Of a stretch of DNA of 64,000 nt, positions 15,701 to 28,266 are shown in pieces. Source of the stretch: Eledone cirrhosa (taxonomy: Eukaryota); the NCBI GenBank assembly GCA_964016885.1, contig OZ024747.1, positions 12,214,001-12,278,000 of the forward strand, in the 5' to 3' direction. The position numbers and the translations under genes were made by a program. The stretch's first letter is position 1, and every line of letters begins with the position of its first letter. The notes under the pieces are model-generated. The model was given only the letters and a program-made list of their open reading frames with translations, was not told the DNA's origin and did no database searches.

Positions 15701-18685
15701 ACATACCTTTCTATGGGAGCAAGGATACACACACCTTTCTATGGGAGCAAGGATACACACACCTTTCTATGGGAGCAAGGATACCCATACCTTTCTATGG
15801 GAGCAAGGATACACACACCTTTCTATGGAAGCAAGGATACACACACCTTTCTATGGGAGCAAGGATACACATACCTTTCTATGGGAGCAAGGATACACAC
15901 ACCTATGGGAGCAAGGATACACATACCTTTCTATGGAAGCAAGGATACACACACCTATGGGAGCAAGGATACACACTTTTCTATGGGAGCAAGGATACAC
16001 ACACCTTTCTATGGGAGCAAGGATACACACACCTTTCTATGGGAGCAAGGATACACACACCTTTCTATGGGAGCAAGGATACACACACCTTTCTATGGGA
16101 GCAAGGATACACACACCTTTCAATGGAAGCAAGGATACACACACCTTTCTATGGGAGCAAGGATACACACACCTTTCTATGGGAGCAAGGATACCCATAC
16201 CTTTCTATGGAAGCAAGGATACACACACCTTTCTATGGAAGCAAGGATACACACCTTTCTATGGAAGCAAGGATACACATACCTTTCTATGGAAGCAAGG
16301 ATACACACACCTTTCTATGGGAGCAAGGATACCCATACCTTTCTATGGAAGCAAGGATACACACACCTTTCTATGGGAGCAAGGATACACACACCTTTCT
16401 ATGGGAGCAAGGATACACACACCTTTCTATGGGAGCAAGGATACACACACCTATGGGAGCAAGGATACACATACCTTTCTATGGGAGCAAGGATACACAC
16501 ACCTTTCTATGGGAGCAAGGATACACACACCTTTCTATGGGAGCAAGGATACACACACCTTTCTATGGGAGCAAGGATACACATACCTTTCTATGGGAGC
16601 AAGGATACACATACCTTTCTATGGGAGCAAGGATACACACACCTTTCTATGGGAGCAAGGATACACACACCTTTCTATGGGAGCAAGGATACACACACCT
16701 TTCTATGGGAGCAAGGATACACATACCTTTCTATGGAAGCAAGGATACACACCTTTCTATGGAAGCAAGGATACACACCTTTCTATGGAAGCAAGGATAC
16801 ACATACCTTTCTATGGAAGCAAGGATACACACACCTTTCTATGGGAGCAAGGATACCCATACCTTTCTATGGAAGCAAGGATACACACACCTTTCTATGG
16901 GAGCAAGGATACACACACCTTTCTATGGGAGCAAGGATACACACACCTTTCTATGGGAGCAAGGATACACACACCTTTCTATGGGAGCAAGGATACACAC
17001 ACCTTTCTATGGGAGCAAGGATACACACACCTTTCTATGGGAGCAAGGATACACACACCTTTCTATGGGAGCAAGGATACACACACCTATGGGAGCAAGG
17101 ATACACATACCTTTCTATGGGAGCAAGGATACACATACCTTTCTATGGGAGCAAGGATACACACACCTTTCTATGGGAGCAAGGATACACACACCTTTCT
17201 ATGGGAGCAAGGATACACACACCTTTCTATGGGAGCAAGGATACACACACCTTTCTATGGGAGCAAGGATACACACACCTTTCTATGGGAGCAAGGATAC
17301 ACACACCTTTCTATGGGAGCAAGGATACACACACCTATGGGAGCAAGGATACACACACCTTTCTATGGGAGCAAGGATACACACACCTTTCTATGGGAGC
17401 AAGGATACACACACCTATGGGAGCAAGGATACACACACCTATGGGAGCAAGGATACACACACCTTTCTATGGGAGCAAGGATACACACACCTATGGGAGC
17501 AAGGATACACATACCTTTCTATGGGAGCAAGGATACACACACCTTTCTATGGGAGCAAGGATACACACACCTTTCTATGGGAGCAAGGATACACACACCT
17601 TTCTATGGGAGCAAGGATACACACACCTATGGGAGCAAGGATACACATACCTTTCTATGGGAGCAAGGATACACACACCTTTCTATGGGAGCAAGGATAC
17701 ACACACCTTTCTATGGGAGCAAGGATACACACACCTTTCTATGGGAGCAAGGATACACACACCTATGGGAGCAAGGATACACACACCTTTCTATGGGAGC
17801 AAGGATACACATACCTTTCTATAGGAGCAAGGATACACACACCTTTCTATGGGAGCAAGGATACACACACCTTTCTATGGGAGCAAGGATACACATACCT
17901 TTCTATGGGAGCAAGGATACACATAACTTTCTATGGAAGCAAGGATACACACACCTTTCTATGGGAGCAAGGATACACACCTTTCTATGGGAGCAAGGAT
18001 ACACATACACCTATGGGAGCAAGGATACACACACCTTTCTATAGGAGCAAGGATACACACACCTTTCTATAGGAGCAAGGATACACATACCTTTCTATGG
18101 GAGCAAGGATACACACACCTTTCTATGGGAGCAAGGATACACATACCTTTCTATGGGAGCAAGGATACACACACCTTTCTATGGGAGCAAGGATACACAT
18201 AACTTTCTATGGAAGCAAGGATACACACACCTTTCTATGGGAGCAAGGATACACATACCTTTCTATGGAAGCAAGGATACACATACACCTATGGGAGCAA
18301 GGATACACATACACCTATGGGAGCAAGGATACACACACCTTTCTATAGGAGCAAGGATACACACACCTTTCTATAGGAGCAAGGATACACACACCTTTCT
18401 ATAGGAGCAAGGATACACACACCTTTCTATAGGAGCAAGGATACACATACCTTTCTATGGGAGCAAGGATACACATACCTTTCTATGGGAGCAAGGATAC
18501 ACACACCTTTCTATGGAAGCAAGGATACACATACCTTTCTATGGGAGCAAGGATACACATACCTTTCTATGGAAGCAAGGATACACACACCTATGGGAGC
18601 AAGGATACACATACACCTATGGGAGCAAGGATACACATACACCTATGGGAGCAAGGATACACATACACCTATCGGAGCAAGGATA
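12751..18685. repeat. 28-bp minisatellite (24/26-bp variants), ~5.9 kb
   Basis: Unit CTATGGRAGCAAGGATACMCAYACCTTT; diverged units trail to ~18845. Confidence 0.98.
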
Positions 18686-18719
18686 GTCACACACATCTTA
18701 CTCTTGGAGCAAAGACACA

Positions 18720-18777
<58 letters not shown>

Positions 18778-18851
18778 ATAGGAGAAATGAGACACACACA
18801 CACACTTCTTACTGTGGGAGCAAGGATATACACAGACATCCTTACTCTCAT

Positions 18852-19040
18852 AATTGTTTCTACCTTTGGCACAAGACCAGCAAATACCCCAGTGCATTAC
18901 TGGTACTTTATTTTATCGACCCCATAAGGATGAAAGGCAAAGTTAACCTCGGCGGGATTTGAACTCAGATCGTAAAGGGCTGTAACTCTATGCTGCAAAG
19001 CATGGCATCAGACTCTATACCGATACTGCCAATCCACCAT
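18852..19040 (-). mobile_element. tRNA/Meta-like SINE copy
   Basis: Near-identical to 2192-2380. Confidence 0.85.
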
Positions 19041-21949
19041 CTCTCATAATGATGTATGTGTGTGTGTGTCCTTGCTCTCAGTGAGGTGTGCTTGAGGGAG
19101 AAACAATACATACACATGCAGTAATGTTTTAAATAAGTAAAAGGATAACAGAACAATGTCCACAATCATTATGAGTCTTCTAAGAATAATATAGACAGGG
19201 AAGGAATTACACATGGCTGCTGTTTGAGAAAGAAGGGGAAAGATTGAGTGAAAAGTTTAGTAGAGTCTGAGAGAGGAGAGTACACAGTAAGACTGGTGGA
19301 GATGAGTGGCTACTATTAAATTTATTTTTTCTTAACTAGATACCGAGGGTCACCAGTGAATTGTTTTTAACTACACAAATAGCACCAACAACTGTGGATT
19401 AACATGTAGCCCTAAAATTCTTTATTCTGCTACTGATTTCAGCCATGCTGGAGTGCAACCTTGATTTCGTTGATCATATAGACCCAAGTATATATCTTTT
19501 TCAAGTCTGTTACTTATTTTATCAATCTGTTGTTTTTGTTTGTGTGTGTTTGTGGAACCACTAAGTTACAGGACAGACACATACAACTGTAAATGAAACA
19601 TAGACATATACAAGAGGCTTCTGCATTTCCTGTATATCAAATTCCACTCCCAAACCATCGGTCAATTCAAGGCTATATAGTAGAAGATACTTGTCCAATG
19701 TGTCACAGAGTGGGATTGAACCGAGGACCACTTGGTTGTGAAGCCACCTTCTTTACACAGCTATGCTTGTGCTCGAAATTATTAAATTGTGTCAGAAGAA
19801 CCAGCAGGCCAACCAATAGTTGCTGTTACATTATCTCTTATGTATAAAGTGGAACCAACAAACTTTTTATATCTGCAGATAACATAAGAAACATTGGCAG
19901 CAGCCATACTACCAATACCCCAGACCACAGAAATGTCTCTCCTCTTCCCCACTACATATCACCAGGTCTTTCCAACTAACTATGAATACTTATTCAGTTA
20001 ACAAGACAAACAAACAAAAAAAGTAAATAACCAGAACTGGTGTATATCTGGAGTTAAAAATAGTCAACAGCTTCCAAAAAAAACTTCCAAGCCATCTTTC
20101 ACCACCACCCTGTCTCCCTCACTCTTTCCCCACACCTACCCACTCACACACAGAAAGCTGATGCTGAATAAGTGTCTTCTGTTTCAAAATATTTCCCCTC
20201 ACTCAAAGACATCACTCTTCATATCTTGAAAGATTCCACCATATTAATAAATGGCGGAATTGGTTAAACTATATAAAATGTATTGCACTATTTAGCTATA
20301 TTATGTTTCTTTGCTCAGAGTTCAATTCCCATCTTGGGGTTTTTTCATCATTCTGGAGGGGTGGGGAGAGGGGCAATAAAATAAGTACCAGTCTACTATT
20401 GGGGTCAACTTAATCATTATTTTGTCTGCTCGTCTAAGCTGGCAGGATTGGACAGGTTGTTACAGACCCAGTCAATATTCAATCAGAGCTACTGTTCTAG
20501 AATGGACCAATGACACATCACCCTCGTGTACCAAATATGGCATGGTTTCTACAGCTAGATCCCCATCTTAACTCCAACCACTTTACAGAGTGTATTAGGT
20601 GCATTTTATCCTGACCCCACAACTAGATATATTGATGTATTCTTGATCTAACAGATGAGTCCTCTCAATCTTTGGCATGGTTTCTATGACAGGCACCAGG
20701 TATCTTTTCAAACATCTATCATTTTACAGTCACTACTGTTGCTGCTTGTATTGTTTGTAGAGGAGGGTACAAACTGACCAGATCTATAATCAAAGGCAAT
20801 CAGGCCATGACCGTGTCAGTTTTTGTTCAGGCATTGTGTACCCAAGATCACACTTACACCTCATGTCCATTTTTTATGATGTAACTTAAAAGGTTTGGCT
20901 GCTATTTCTAGCAGGTTGAACAACAGCATAGAGGCTCCATCTGAGTCAACACAATTGAGAAAAACATGGGAAGAGAGAGCATAGACAGTATATGTTTAGC
21001 CCTAGGTCAGTCCAGACTGATCAGACCTATGGTCAAAGACATTCAATCAAGCCACAACAAACATCATTTGTTCAGGTATTTATCCACATGTGTTCTGACC
21101 AATTTCTTTTTTAAAGGCAACTTAAGGGAGATTTGGCTGTTATTTCTAGCATGTTGCGCTACTGCCAAGTGGCTCCCAATGGAAAGAGGGGGGGGGGGTA
21201 AAGAAAAGGAAAAACAGAACATTCCAGAAATAATACTAATACAGAAAACTAATCTTATTCTTGTAGCCTGGGGGTCATATTTAATGACACAGACACAGAA
21301 TTAGGGGATATGAAAAAGGGGGAAGGGAACACACAGACAGACAGTGTAGTGTCGGGAGAGGGGAGGGGCAAGTGTGAGAATCTTTTTTTTTTCCCTTAAT
21401 CAGAGATAAATCCAACATAAATCATGGAAGTGATAGGGGAGAGAGAGAGAGAAAGAGTGAGAGTGTGTGTGTGTATGTCAGAGAGAGAGGGAGAGTGTGA
21501 GTGTGTGAGAGTGTGAGTGTGTGAGAGTGTGCGTCAGAGAGAGTGAGAGTGTGAGAGAGTGAGAGTGTGTGTCAGAGAGAGTGAGAGTGTGTGTGAGAGA
21601 GAGAGAGAGAGTGAGAGAGAGAGAGAGAGTGAGAGAGTGAGAGAGTGAGAGAGTGAGAGAGTGAGAGAGTGAGAGAGTGAGAGAGAGAGAGTTAAGTATG
21701 GAAATATGGAGGGGCTACAGCAAAAAAGAAAAACAAGGAGAGTAAAGGTTAATGAGTTGATTCAAAAGGAAAGGTGAAAAGAGAGAGAGAATGAAACAAT
21801 AGGAATGAATGAGAGGGGGAAGAAAGGGAGAGAGAAATATAGACATAATGGGAGTAAGAGTGAGAGTTGATGGGGGAGTAGAAGGGGGGGGGGGGCTGAA
21901 TGAAAGAGAATGGGTAAAACAATAAGAAATGCAACAACCACAACAAACG

Positions 21950-21954
<5 letters not shown>

Positions 21955-21989
<35 letters not shown>

Positions 21990-22262
21990 GAGAGGGGGAG
22001 AGAGGGAGAGAGAGACAGACAGAGAGAGAGACAGAGAGACAGAGAGACAGAGAGAGAGAGACAGAGAGAGAGAGACAGAGAGAGAGACAGAGAGAGAGAG
22101 ACAGAGAGAGAGAGACAGAGAGAGAGGCAGAGAGAGAGACAGAGAGAGAGGCAGAGAGAGACAGAGAGAGAGAGAGACAGAGAGACAGAGAGAGAGAGAC
22201 AGAGAGAGAGAGACAGACAGAGAGAGACAGACAGACAGAGAGAGACAGACAGACAGAGAGAC

Positions 22263-22293
<31 letters not shown>

Positions 22294-22477
22294 CAGACAG
22301 ACAGAGAGAGACAGACAGAGAGACAGAGAGACAGACAGAGAGACAGAGAGACAGAGAGACAGACAGAGAGACAGAGAGACAGAGAGAGAGACAGGGAGAC
22401 AGAGAGACAGAGAGAGAGACAGGGAGACAGAGAGAGAGAGACAGACAGAGAGACAGAGAGACAGAGAGAGAGAGACA

Positions 22478-22528
<51 letters not shown>
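21955..22528. repeat. (GA)n/(GACA)n compound microsatellite
   Basis: Direct inspection. Confidence 0.95.
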
Positions 22529-22532
<4 letters not shown>

Positions 22533-23061
22533 TCAGCAGGGTGGTCTTCTGTTTTGTTTCTGTTATATTTTAAACACACCCAGTAAAGAATGTTGACTTT
22601 TCCCTCAGAGTTATATAACAACTGTATATGAATCTGGTCTAGTGTGTATATATATATATATATATATGTGTATGTATGTATGTATGTATGTATATTACAT
22701 TTCTGGAGTCACCCTGAACCAGCTCTCTACATTACACCAGCCTATACTACCACCACCCACTCCACTACCCTGCACCACCACCACACCATTCCAGCACCCT
22801 GCACAACCACCACCATACCATTCCAGCACCCTGCACAACCACCACCATTCCACCACATCATTCCACTAACACCATCACCATATTCCACTACCCTGCACCA
22901 CCATACAACCACTACCACCACCACCATTATCCTCACTTTAAGAGATATGTAATTGTAAATATAACCCTGACTTATTTCTTGATTTAACAACCACCACCAC
23001 TACCACCACCACTACACCATCAACATTACTAGCCACCACCACTACCACATCACTACCACCA

Positions 23062-23230
23062 CCACCACAAGTTACTAGCCACCACACCACCATTACCACA
23101 AGTTACTAGCCACCACATCACTACCACAAGTTACTAGCCACCACAGCACCACCACAAGTTACTAGCCACCACATCACTACCACAAGTTACTAGCCACCAC
23201 ATCACTACCACAAGTTACTAGCCACCACAG
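23062..23230. repeat. 28-bp minisatellite within a CAC-rich tract
   Basis: Unit ACCACAAGTTACTAGCCACCACATCACT, ~6 copies. Confidence 0.85.
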
Positions 23231-23327
23231 TATCACCACCACCCCCACCACACCACTACCACGTCACTACTACCACCACCACCACCACCACTACACCACT
23301 ACCTAGCTACAACAGGAGCCTCTACGT

Positions 23328-23491
23328 CAGGTTTGAATAACCTTTTTCAAGCAGTGAGCCACATGAGATGCGGCTCATCATAAGGTGGGCCGCACTACAA
23401 ACAGATTCAAGGCAATCTTAAAATAAGGTGTACCATTCAGACAGCCAAACAGGCAGCATGTAGCTTGTGGGCCAAAGTTTGCCTCTGACTG
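23328..23491. mobile_element. hAT (Charlie-like) MITE
   Basis: CAG...CTG ends; 8-bp TSD CTCTACGT (23320-27) / CTCTATGT (23492-99); subterminal GGGCC motifs. Confidence 0.7.
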
Positions 23492-24714
23492 CTCTATGTA
23501 GTCACTTGATTGGCTAGAAATAGCAACCAATTCTCCTTTTGATGATACAAACAAGTATATTTTGAATTACACCATACTCCTAGAACAACATATTTGATAA
23601 TATGGTCCTGGCTATATTGTCTTGTAAAATAAGATGGGATGATCATGGTTGGAATATATTTTATCCTAGATATGAATGAGCAGGGTTTACCTAGGGTTAA
23701 ACAATAACAACCATTACATACTTTTACTTTGATTTGGTTTCTTTCTGCCCCCTCACCACCCACCTACACATGCCTGCACCCAAACATTTTTCTTTTAAGA
23801 CTTGGCTGTTCCTATGATTGGACGTCCTTCCTGTAGAAAAGGAATTCTAGGAATTCCAGGTGTTTATCATGACTCAAGGTGTGGAGTTATGGCCTCTACT
23901 TTAGTGGTGAAGGTAAGTGGCTTAGTGGTTACAGTGTTAAGCTGATGATTGTAAGGTCACTATTTCATGTTCCAGTCCAGTCTGTACAGCTAGAAAATGA
24001 TTTGTACTTGTAATTAGAAGGGCTAGCTGTGTCACATAGTGTCATACTGAGTCACCTTATAAATTCCATTAAGGGTACACGTGTCTGTGAATAAGTCAGC
24101 TAATTGCATATCAATTCCACAAGTAGGCTGATCCATAGTTTCAACAACTTGAGCACTCATTGTCAATACCAAACGAGGCCCAACACATTTCTATAACTGG
24201 ATGCTCATCCTTTCGAAAGGTATTTCAGGAATTCCAGGTGTATCTGACATTACTCAAAGTGTGTCCATTGTGGCCTTTAATTGTGCTAGAATCTCTCAAC
24301 ACAAACTTTCCAATTTCAGTCTTTCAATAACAATACCTACCTGGCCTTTAGATTATCTTTAGCAGACTCTATCCACATTGTTGTAACACTCTCTATATGT
24401 CATTTAACAGCCTTCTAATTCCTCAATATCTCCTTATCAAATGAATACAGAGAGAGAGAGAGAGGGAGGAGGAGGGGGAGAGAGGAAGAGGGGAGAGAGG
24501 AAGAGGGAGAGATCATTGTTTTTACCTCCACTCTTCCATGGGTTTCAATGGGAAGAAATGAAAATGTTTTACAGCCAGGTGGCCTTTCCTGATGCCAACC
24601 CTTTTATTTGCTTCTGATGAAGGGTGGTGTGGGGTGTTAGGGTGCTGCGGAAAGAGTTTGGGAGGTGTATGGAAGGGAGAGGGAGGATAGGGGTTAAGAG
24701 GTGCACCATACTAG

Positions 24715-24862
24715 ATGAATGCTTCAATTCATGTGCATGGGAAGGCAGGTTTTCTGTATTACTGCATAATGCCAAAGATCTCGATCCTGTGTCATTGCTT
24801 TGAGAGGTGCAATTGTGCAAGGTCAGCTGTTATCATATCATCCCAGGTCTTCCTACCCCATA
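24715..24862 (-). mobile_element. Old RTE 3' fragment
   Basis: Minus strand reads GRKTWDDMITADL, similar to the LINE's PRKTWAEVVRTDL. Confidence 0.6.
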
Positions 24863-24867
24863 GCTTC

Positions 24868-24913
<46 letters not shown>

Positions 24914-24934
24914 ACATACATTGTGTGCATGCAT

Positions 24935-24989
<55 letters not shown>

Positions 24990-25894
24990 GGAATACTGTT
25001 GGCTTCTTGCTACAATACTTTCTATACCTTTCATTTATACATATATATATATATATATGTGTGTGTGTACACAAACATACACATCGAGATTTTATACAGT
25101 AATTTTATTTAATAGTTTACTATTCCTAATTTCAAAATCATAAAAGAGTTCCAGAGACGGAGTAGAAATATAATTCCACAAATCAAATTTTGGTTAAATT
25201 CCACAAACAGTTCTATATATGGCAATGTTATGACCATATTACTTGAGAGCCATTATAAGAGAGGTCTACTCCAGTAGTTGGTTATATTTCTGTTACTTGA
25301 ACCAAAGTATGTTGCAAATAAAAAACCGAGAAAGATAAATATTAACATTTTAGAACATCTACAGCATTTGCAGCAAATGCTACATGCAATAAAATGGTTA
25401 AAACTGCAGCTGCATAGAATTGTTGCTGTTGCTGTTTAGCTCTAAGTTATCTCTGACCATGCAGCTCTATGATAAAAAACATTCAATGTTTTTTAATGAA
25501 GACTGCTGCCTATGAACAACCATATTTCCAAACCTGTGGATGGTTTTGTTTCATAGGACCAGATCCAGTTTTGGAAGGGTTGGTAACAAAAGAGTTCTAC
25601 AGTTTTCTTAGCATTTGGACAATTAAATACAGTGTACACTCTTTAACTCTTTTTTGTATTTCGCTGGAAATACACCATTTCAATTAATTAATGGAGAATT
25701 TGAAACGATTTCATTACTAAGATAGTAACAACTTATAGTTTTGATCTTTGTTTAAAGATTTTAATTTAAATAGGAGTGCTTTAAAATGGAGGGCTTTGTT
25801 TCGTGGAACAAGATCTGATTTTGGTAGAGTTGGTAGAAAAAGGGTTAATGTTGACAGAGGTAAATAGGAACTTTAGTTACATGACTAGTTACTT

Positions 25895-26767
25895 ACTGGC
25901 ACATCTATAGATATATTCACTACACTTACATTGCTACATCTATAGGTATATCAACTACATTTACACTACACTTACACTGCTACATCTATAGATATGTACA
26001 CTGCTACATCTATGAATATATCAACTACACTTACATTTCTACATCTATGGGTATATCAACTACACTTACATTTCTACATCTATGGGTATATCAACTACAC
26101 TTACACTGCTACATCTATAGAGATATGCACTACACTTACACTGCTACATCTACAGATGTATCAATTACACTTACATTACTACATCTATGAGTATATCAAC
26201 TACACTTACACTGCTATATCTATGGGTATATCAATTACACTTGCCATTACTACATCTATAGAGATATACACTACACTTACACCGATACATCTATAGATAT
26301 ATCAACTACACTTACATTGTTACATCTATGTCTACTTTTCATTATTATCATCATCATTTTACATCCGCCTCTCCCTGCTTGCAAGGGTGGGACGGGAACT
26401 GATTCTGGCTTGATTTCTACAGCTGGATGCCCTTCCTAACACCAACCTCATTTACAGTGAGTGCTGGGTGCTTTTTTGCCGTGGCACCTACACGACCACT
26501 TTGCAGTGGAATGATATGGACCCCAGTCCCTATCATCTCATTTCTACAGCTGAGTAAACTGGAGCAATAAAGTGTCTTGAAATAAAGTGTCTTGCTCAAG
26601 GACAACACATCACCCGGTCTGAGAATTGAACTCACAACCTTTCAATTGCAAGGCCAATGCTCTAACCACTAAGCCATGTGCCTCCATCTATGTCTATATA
26701 TATATATCTATATATACACACACTTACAATGCTACATCTATAGATATATCAACTACACTTACATTGT

Positions 26768-26798
<31 letters not shown>

Positions 26799-26850
26799 TT
26801 ACAATGCTACATCTATAGATATATCAACTACACTTACATTGTTACATCTA
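25895..26850. repeat. Diverged ~35-bp minisatellite split by a SINE insertion
   Basis: Unit CTACACTTACAYTGCTACATCTATRGRTATATCAA on both sides of 26335-26684. Confidence 0.85.
26335..26684 (-). mobile_element. Full-length tRNA-CORE SINE with bipartite RTE-derived body and tail
   Basis: A box TGGCTTAGTGG, B box GTTCAATTC, CORE-like GTCCTTGAGCAAGACACTTTA, RTE 5' UTR segment, RTE 3' tail + (TGA)n. Exact 12-bp TSD CATCTATGTCTA at 26323-34 and 26685-96. Confidence 0.9.
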
Positions 26851-26941
26851 TATCTATATATATATAGATATATATAAAGGTAGAACACTGGAAGGTAATA
26901 CCCGTAGTGTTAGAGCACCCAGTCCATGGGACGAGTTTGAT

Positions 26942-26982
26942 CCGAGCTGAAGATCTGCATAAACTGAAACAATTGTTCTTGG
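26942..26982 (+). ncRNA. Degenerate minimal hammerhead ribozyme
   Basis: CCGAG-CTGAAGA-(12 nt)-GAAA-CAATTGTT-CTTGG. Stem I ccgag/cttgg and palindromic stem III AACAATTGTT are present, but stem II does not pair. Lies in a ~140-bp insert between (TA)n tracts. Confidence 0.5.
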
Positions 26983-27010
26983 TATGTTACTACTAACTGT
27001 TGTGTTACTA

Positions 27011-27056
<46 letters not shown>

Positions 27057-27095
27057 TAATATATAAGATCAAAAGATGGTTAAAAGAGTTCCATG

Positions 27096-27165
27096 TATTT
27101 TATTATGCGCATTTCAAAACAAATATCATCATGCAATAACATTTGTGTTTTCATCAGATAAAATA
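27096..27165 (-). ncRNA. Type I hammerhead ribozyme, inverted twin copy (sense to afadin pre-mRNA)
   Basis: Reverse complement of 27252-27322 except for one fewer U in stem II. Core CTGATGA at 27157-27151, GAAA at 27115-27112, predicted cut between 27104 and 27103. Confidence 0.87.
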
Positions 27166-27251
27166 GGAAGACATGATATGAAGGTTAAAAAACACTTGTG
27201 GATAGTGCAGTTTTAAATCAACATATGTTTAACCTTCATATCATGTCTTCC

Positions 27252-27322
27252 TATTTTATCTGATGAAAACACAAATGTTATTGCATGATGATATTTGTTT
27301 TTGAAATGCGCATAATAAAATA
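27252..27322 (+). ncRNA. Type I hammerhead ribozyme (complete catalytic core)
   Basis: Stem I TATTTTAT (27252-59) pairs with ATAAAATA (27315-22). Core CTGATGA 27260-66. Stem II ~16 bp (27267-27302) with one C.U mismatch, three G-U pairs and a GCAT loop. GAAA 27303-06. Palindromic stem III ATGCGCAT. AUA cleavage triplet, cut predicted after 27314. Confidence 0.88.
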
Positions 27323-27445
27323 CATGGAACTCTTTTAACCATCTTTTGATCTTATATATTATGTATACTCCAGTCCTACAAACTGTAGAGTGCTTCTTAT
27401 CCGATATCTGCATTGCTTTATTGTACAACAATAAAACTCACCTCC

Positions 27446-27481
<36 letters not shown>

Positions 27482-27851
27482 CATACATACACACACACAT
27501 TTTTATGCCATGTTCTGCTTTTCCAATGTTGTTGTTGTTACAGTGATATGAAGGATGTGTGGGAATATACTCTGCAATTAGTTGTTGCAGTTGCAGTGAT
27601 GTAGTAATGCACTCTACAACCATTGTATTGTTGTCAAGATTGGTGGTCAGTTGCATCAGAAGCAAGCTGTCATAGCAACAATGTTACCAGCCACTGCAGT
27701 TGCTGCACACAGCCCTGTCACGCACACATATGCACTCTACAGATTAGGAACCCAGAAGAAGAATAGACCACAGAGTGCAGAAATAGGGGATTAAACCTAA
27801 CAATGGTAGAGGCTTTAATGAGTAACTAGTTATGACAGTAGGGAGAGGGTT

Positions 27852-28266
27852 ATTAGTGGTGGTAGTGGTGGTAGTAGTGGTGGTGGTGGTGGTGGTAGTA
27901 GTGGTAGTAGTAGTGGTTAATAGAAGTGGTGGTAGTAGTGGTGGTGGTGGTAATAGAAGTAGTAGTGGTGGTGGTAATAGCAATAGTAGTGGTGGTGGTA
28001 ATAGCAATAGTAGTGGTGGTGGTAATAGCAATAGTGGTGGTGGTAGTAGTGGTGGTGGTGGGAGTAGTAATAGTAATAGTGGAGGGGGTAGTGGTGGTAG
28101 TAATAGTGGTGGTGGTGGTAGTAGTAGTAGTGGTGGTGGTGGTAATAGCAATAGTAGTGGTGGTGGTAATAGCAATAGTGGTGGTGGTGGTAGTAGTAAT
28201 AGAAGTGGTTGTGGTGGTGTTAGCGGTAGTAGTAGTAGCAATAGTGGTGGTGGTAATAGTAGCAGT
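27852..28266. repeat. (GGT/AGT/AAT)n compound trinucleotide tract
   Basis: Direct inspection; similar tracts at ~10030-10185 and ~30565-31030. Confidence 0.9.

Larger units (their letters stand above)
27056..27448. mobile_element. Hammerhead-bearing inverted-repeat insert in (TA)n; probable Penelope-like element remnant with inverted pseudo-LTR
   Basis: Arms 27056-27189 and 27228-27362 differ by one indel; 38-bp spacer. The plus arm continues to AATAAA (27430-35). (TA)n tracts on both sides. The PLE assignment is inferred from hammerhead type and arrangement. Confidence 0.65.

Noticed and set aside
12633-18927. Giant ORFs of 1527-1763 aa
   Set aside because: They are translations of a stop-free 28-bp minisatellite; the unit is not a multiple of 3, the same peptide appears in all frames, and there is no domain or splice support.
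21910-22621. ER/RQ-rich and LS-rich ORFs (also the Gly/Ser/Val/Thr-rich ORFs at 27744-28299, 33004-33414, 47065-47913, 63190-63711)
   Set aside because: Translations of microsatellites.
26610-26684. tRNA genes suggested by A/B boxes
   Set aside because: These are SINE heads continuing into CORE/Meta bodies, without a complete cloverleaf.
26914-26928. 15-nt identity AGCACCCAGTCCATG with the LINE 5' UTR (42379-42393)
   Set aside because: No extension on either side; cannot be distinguished from chance.
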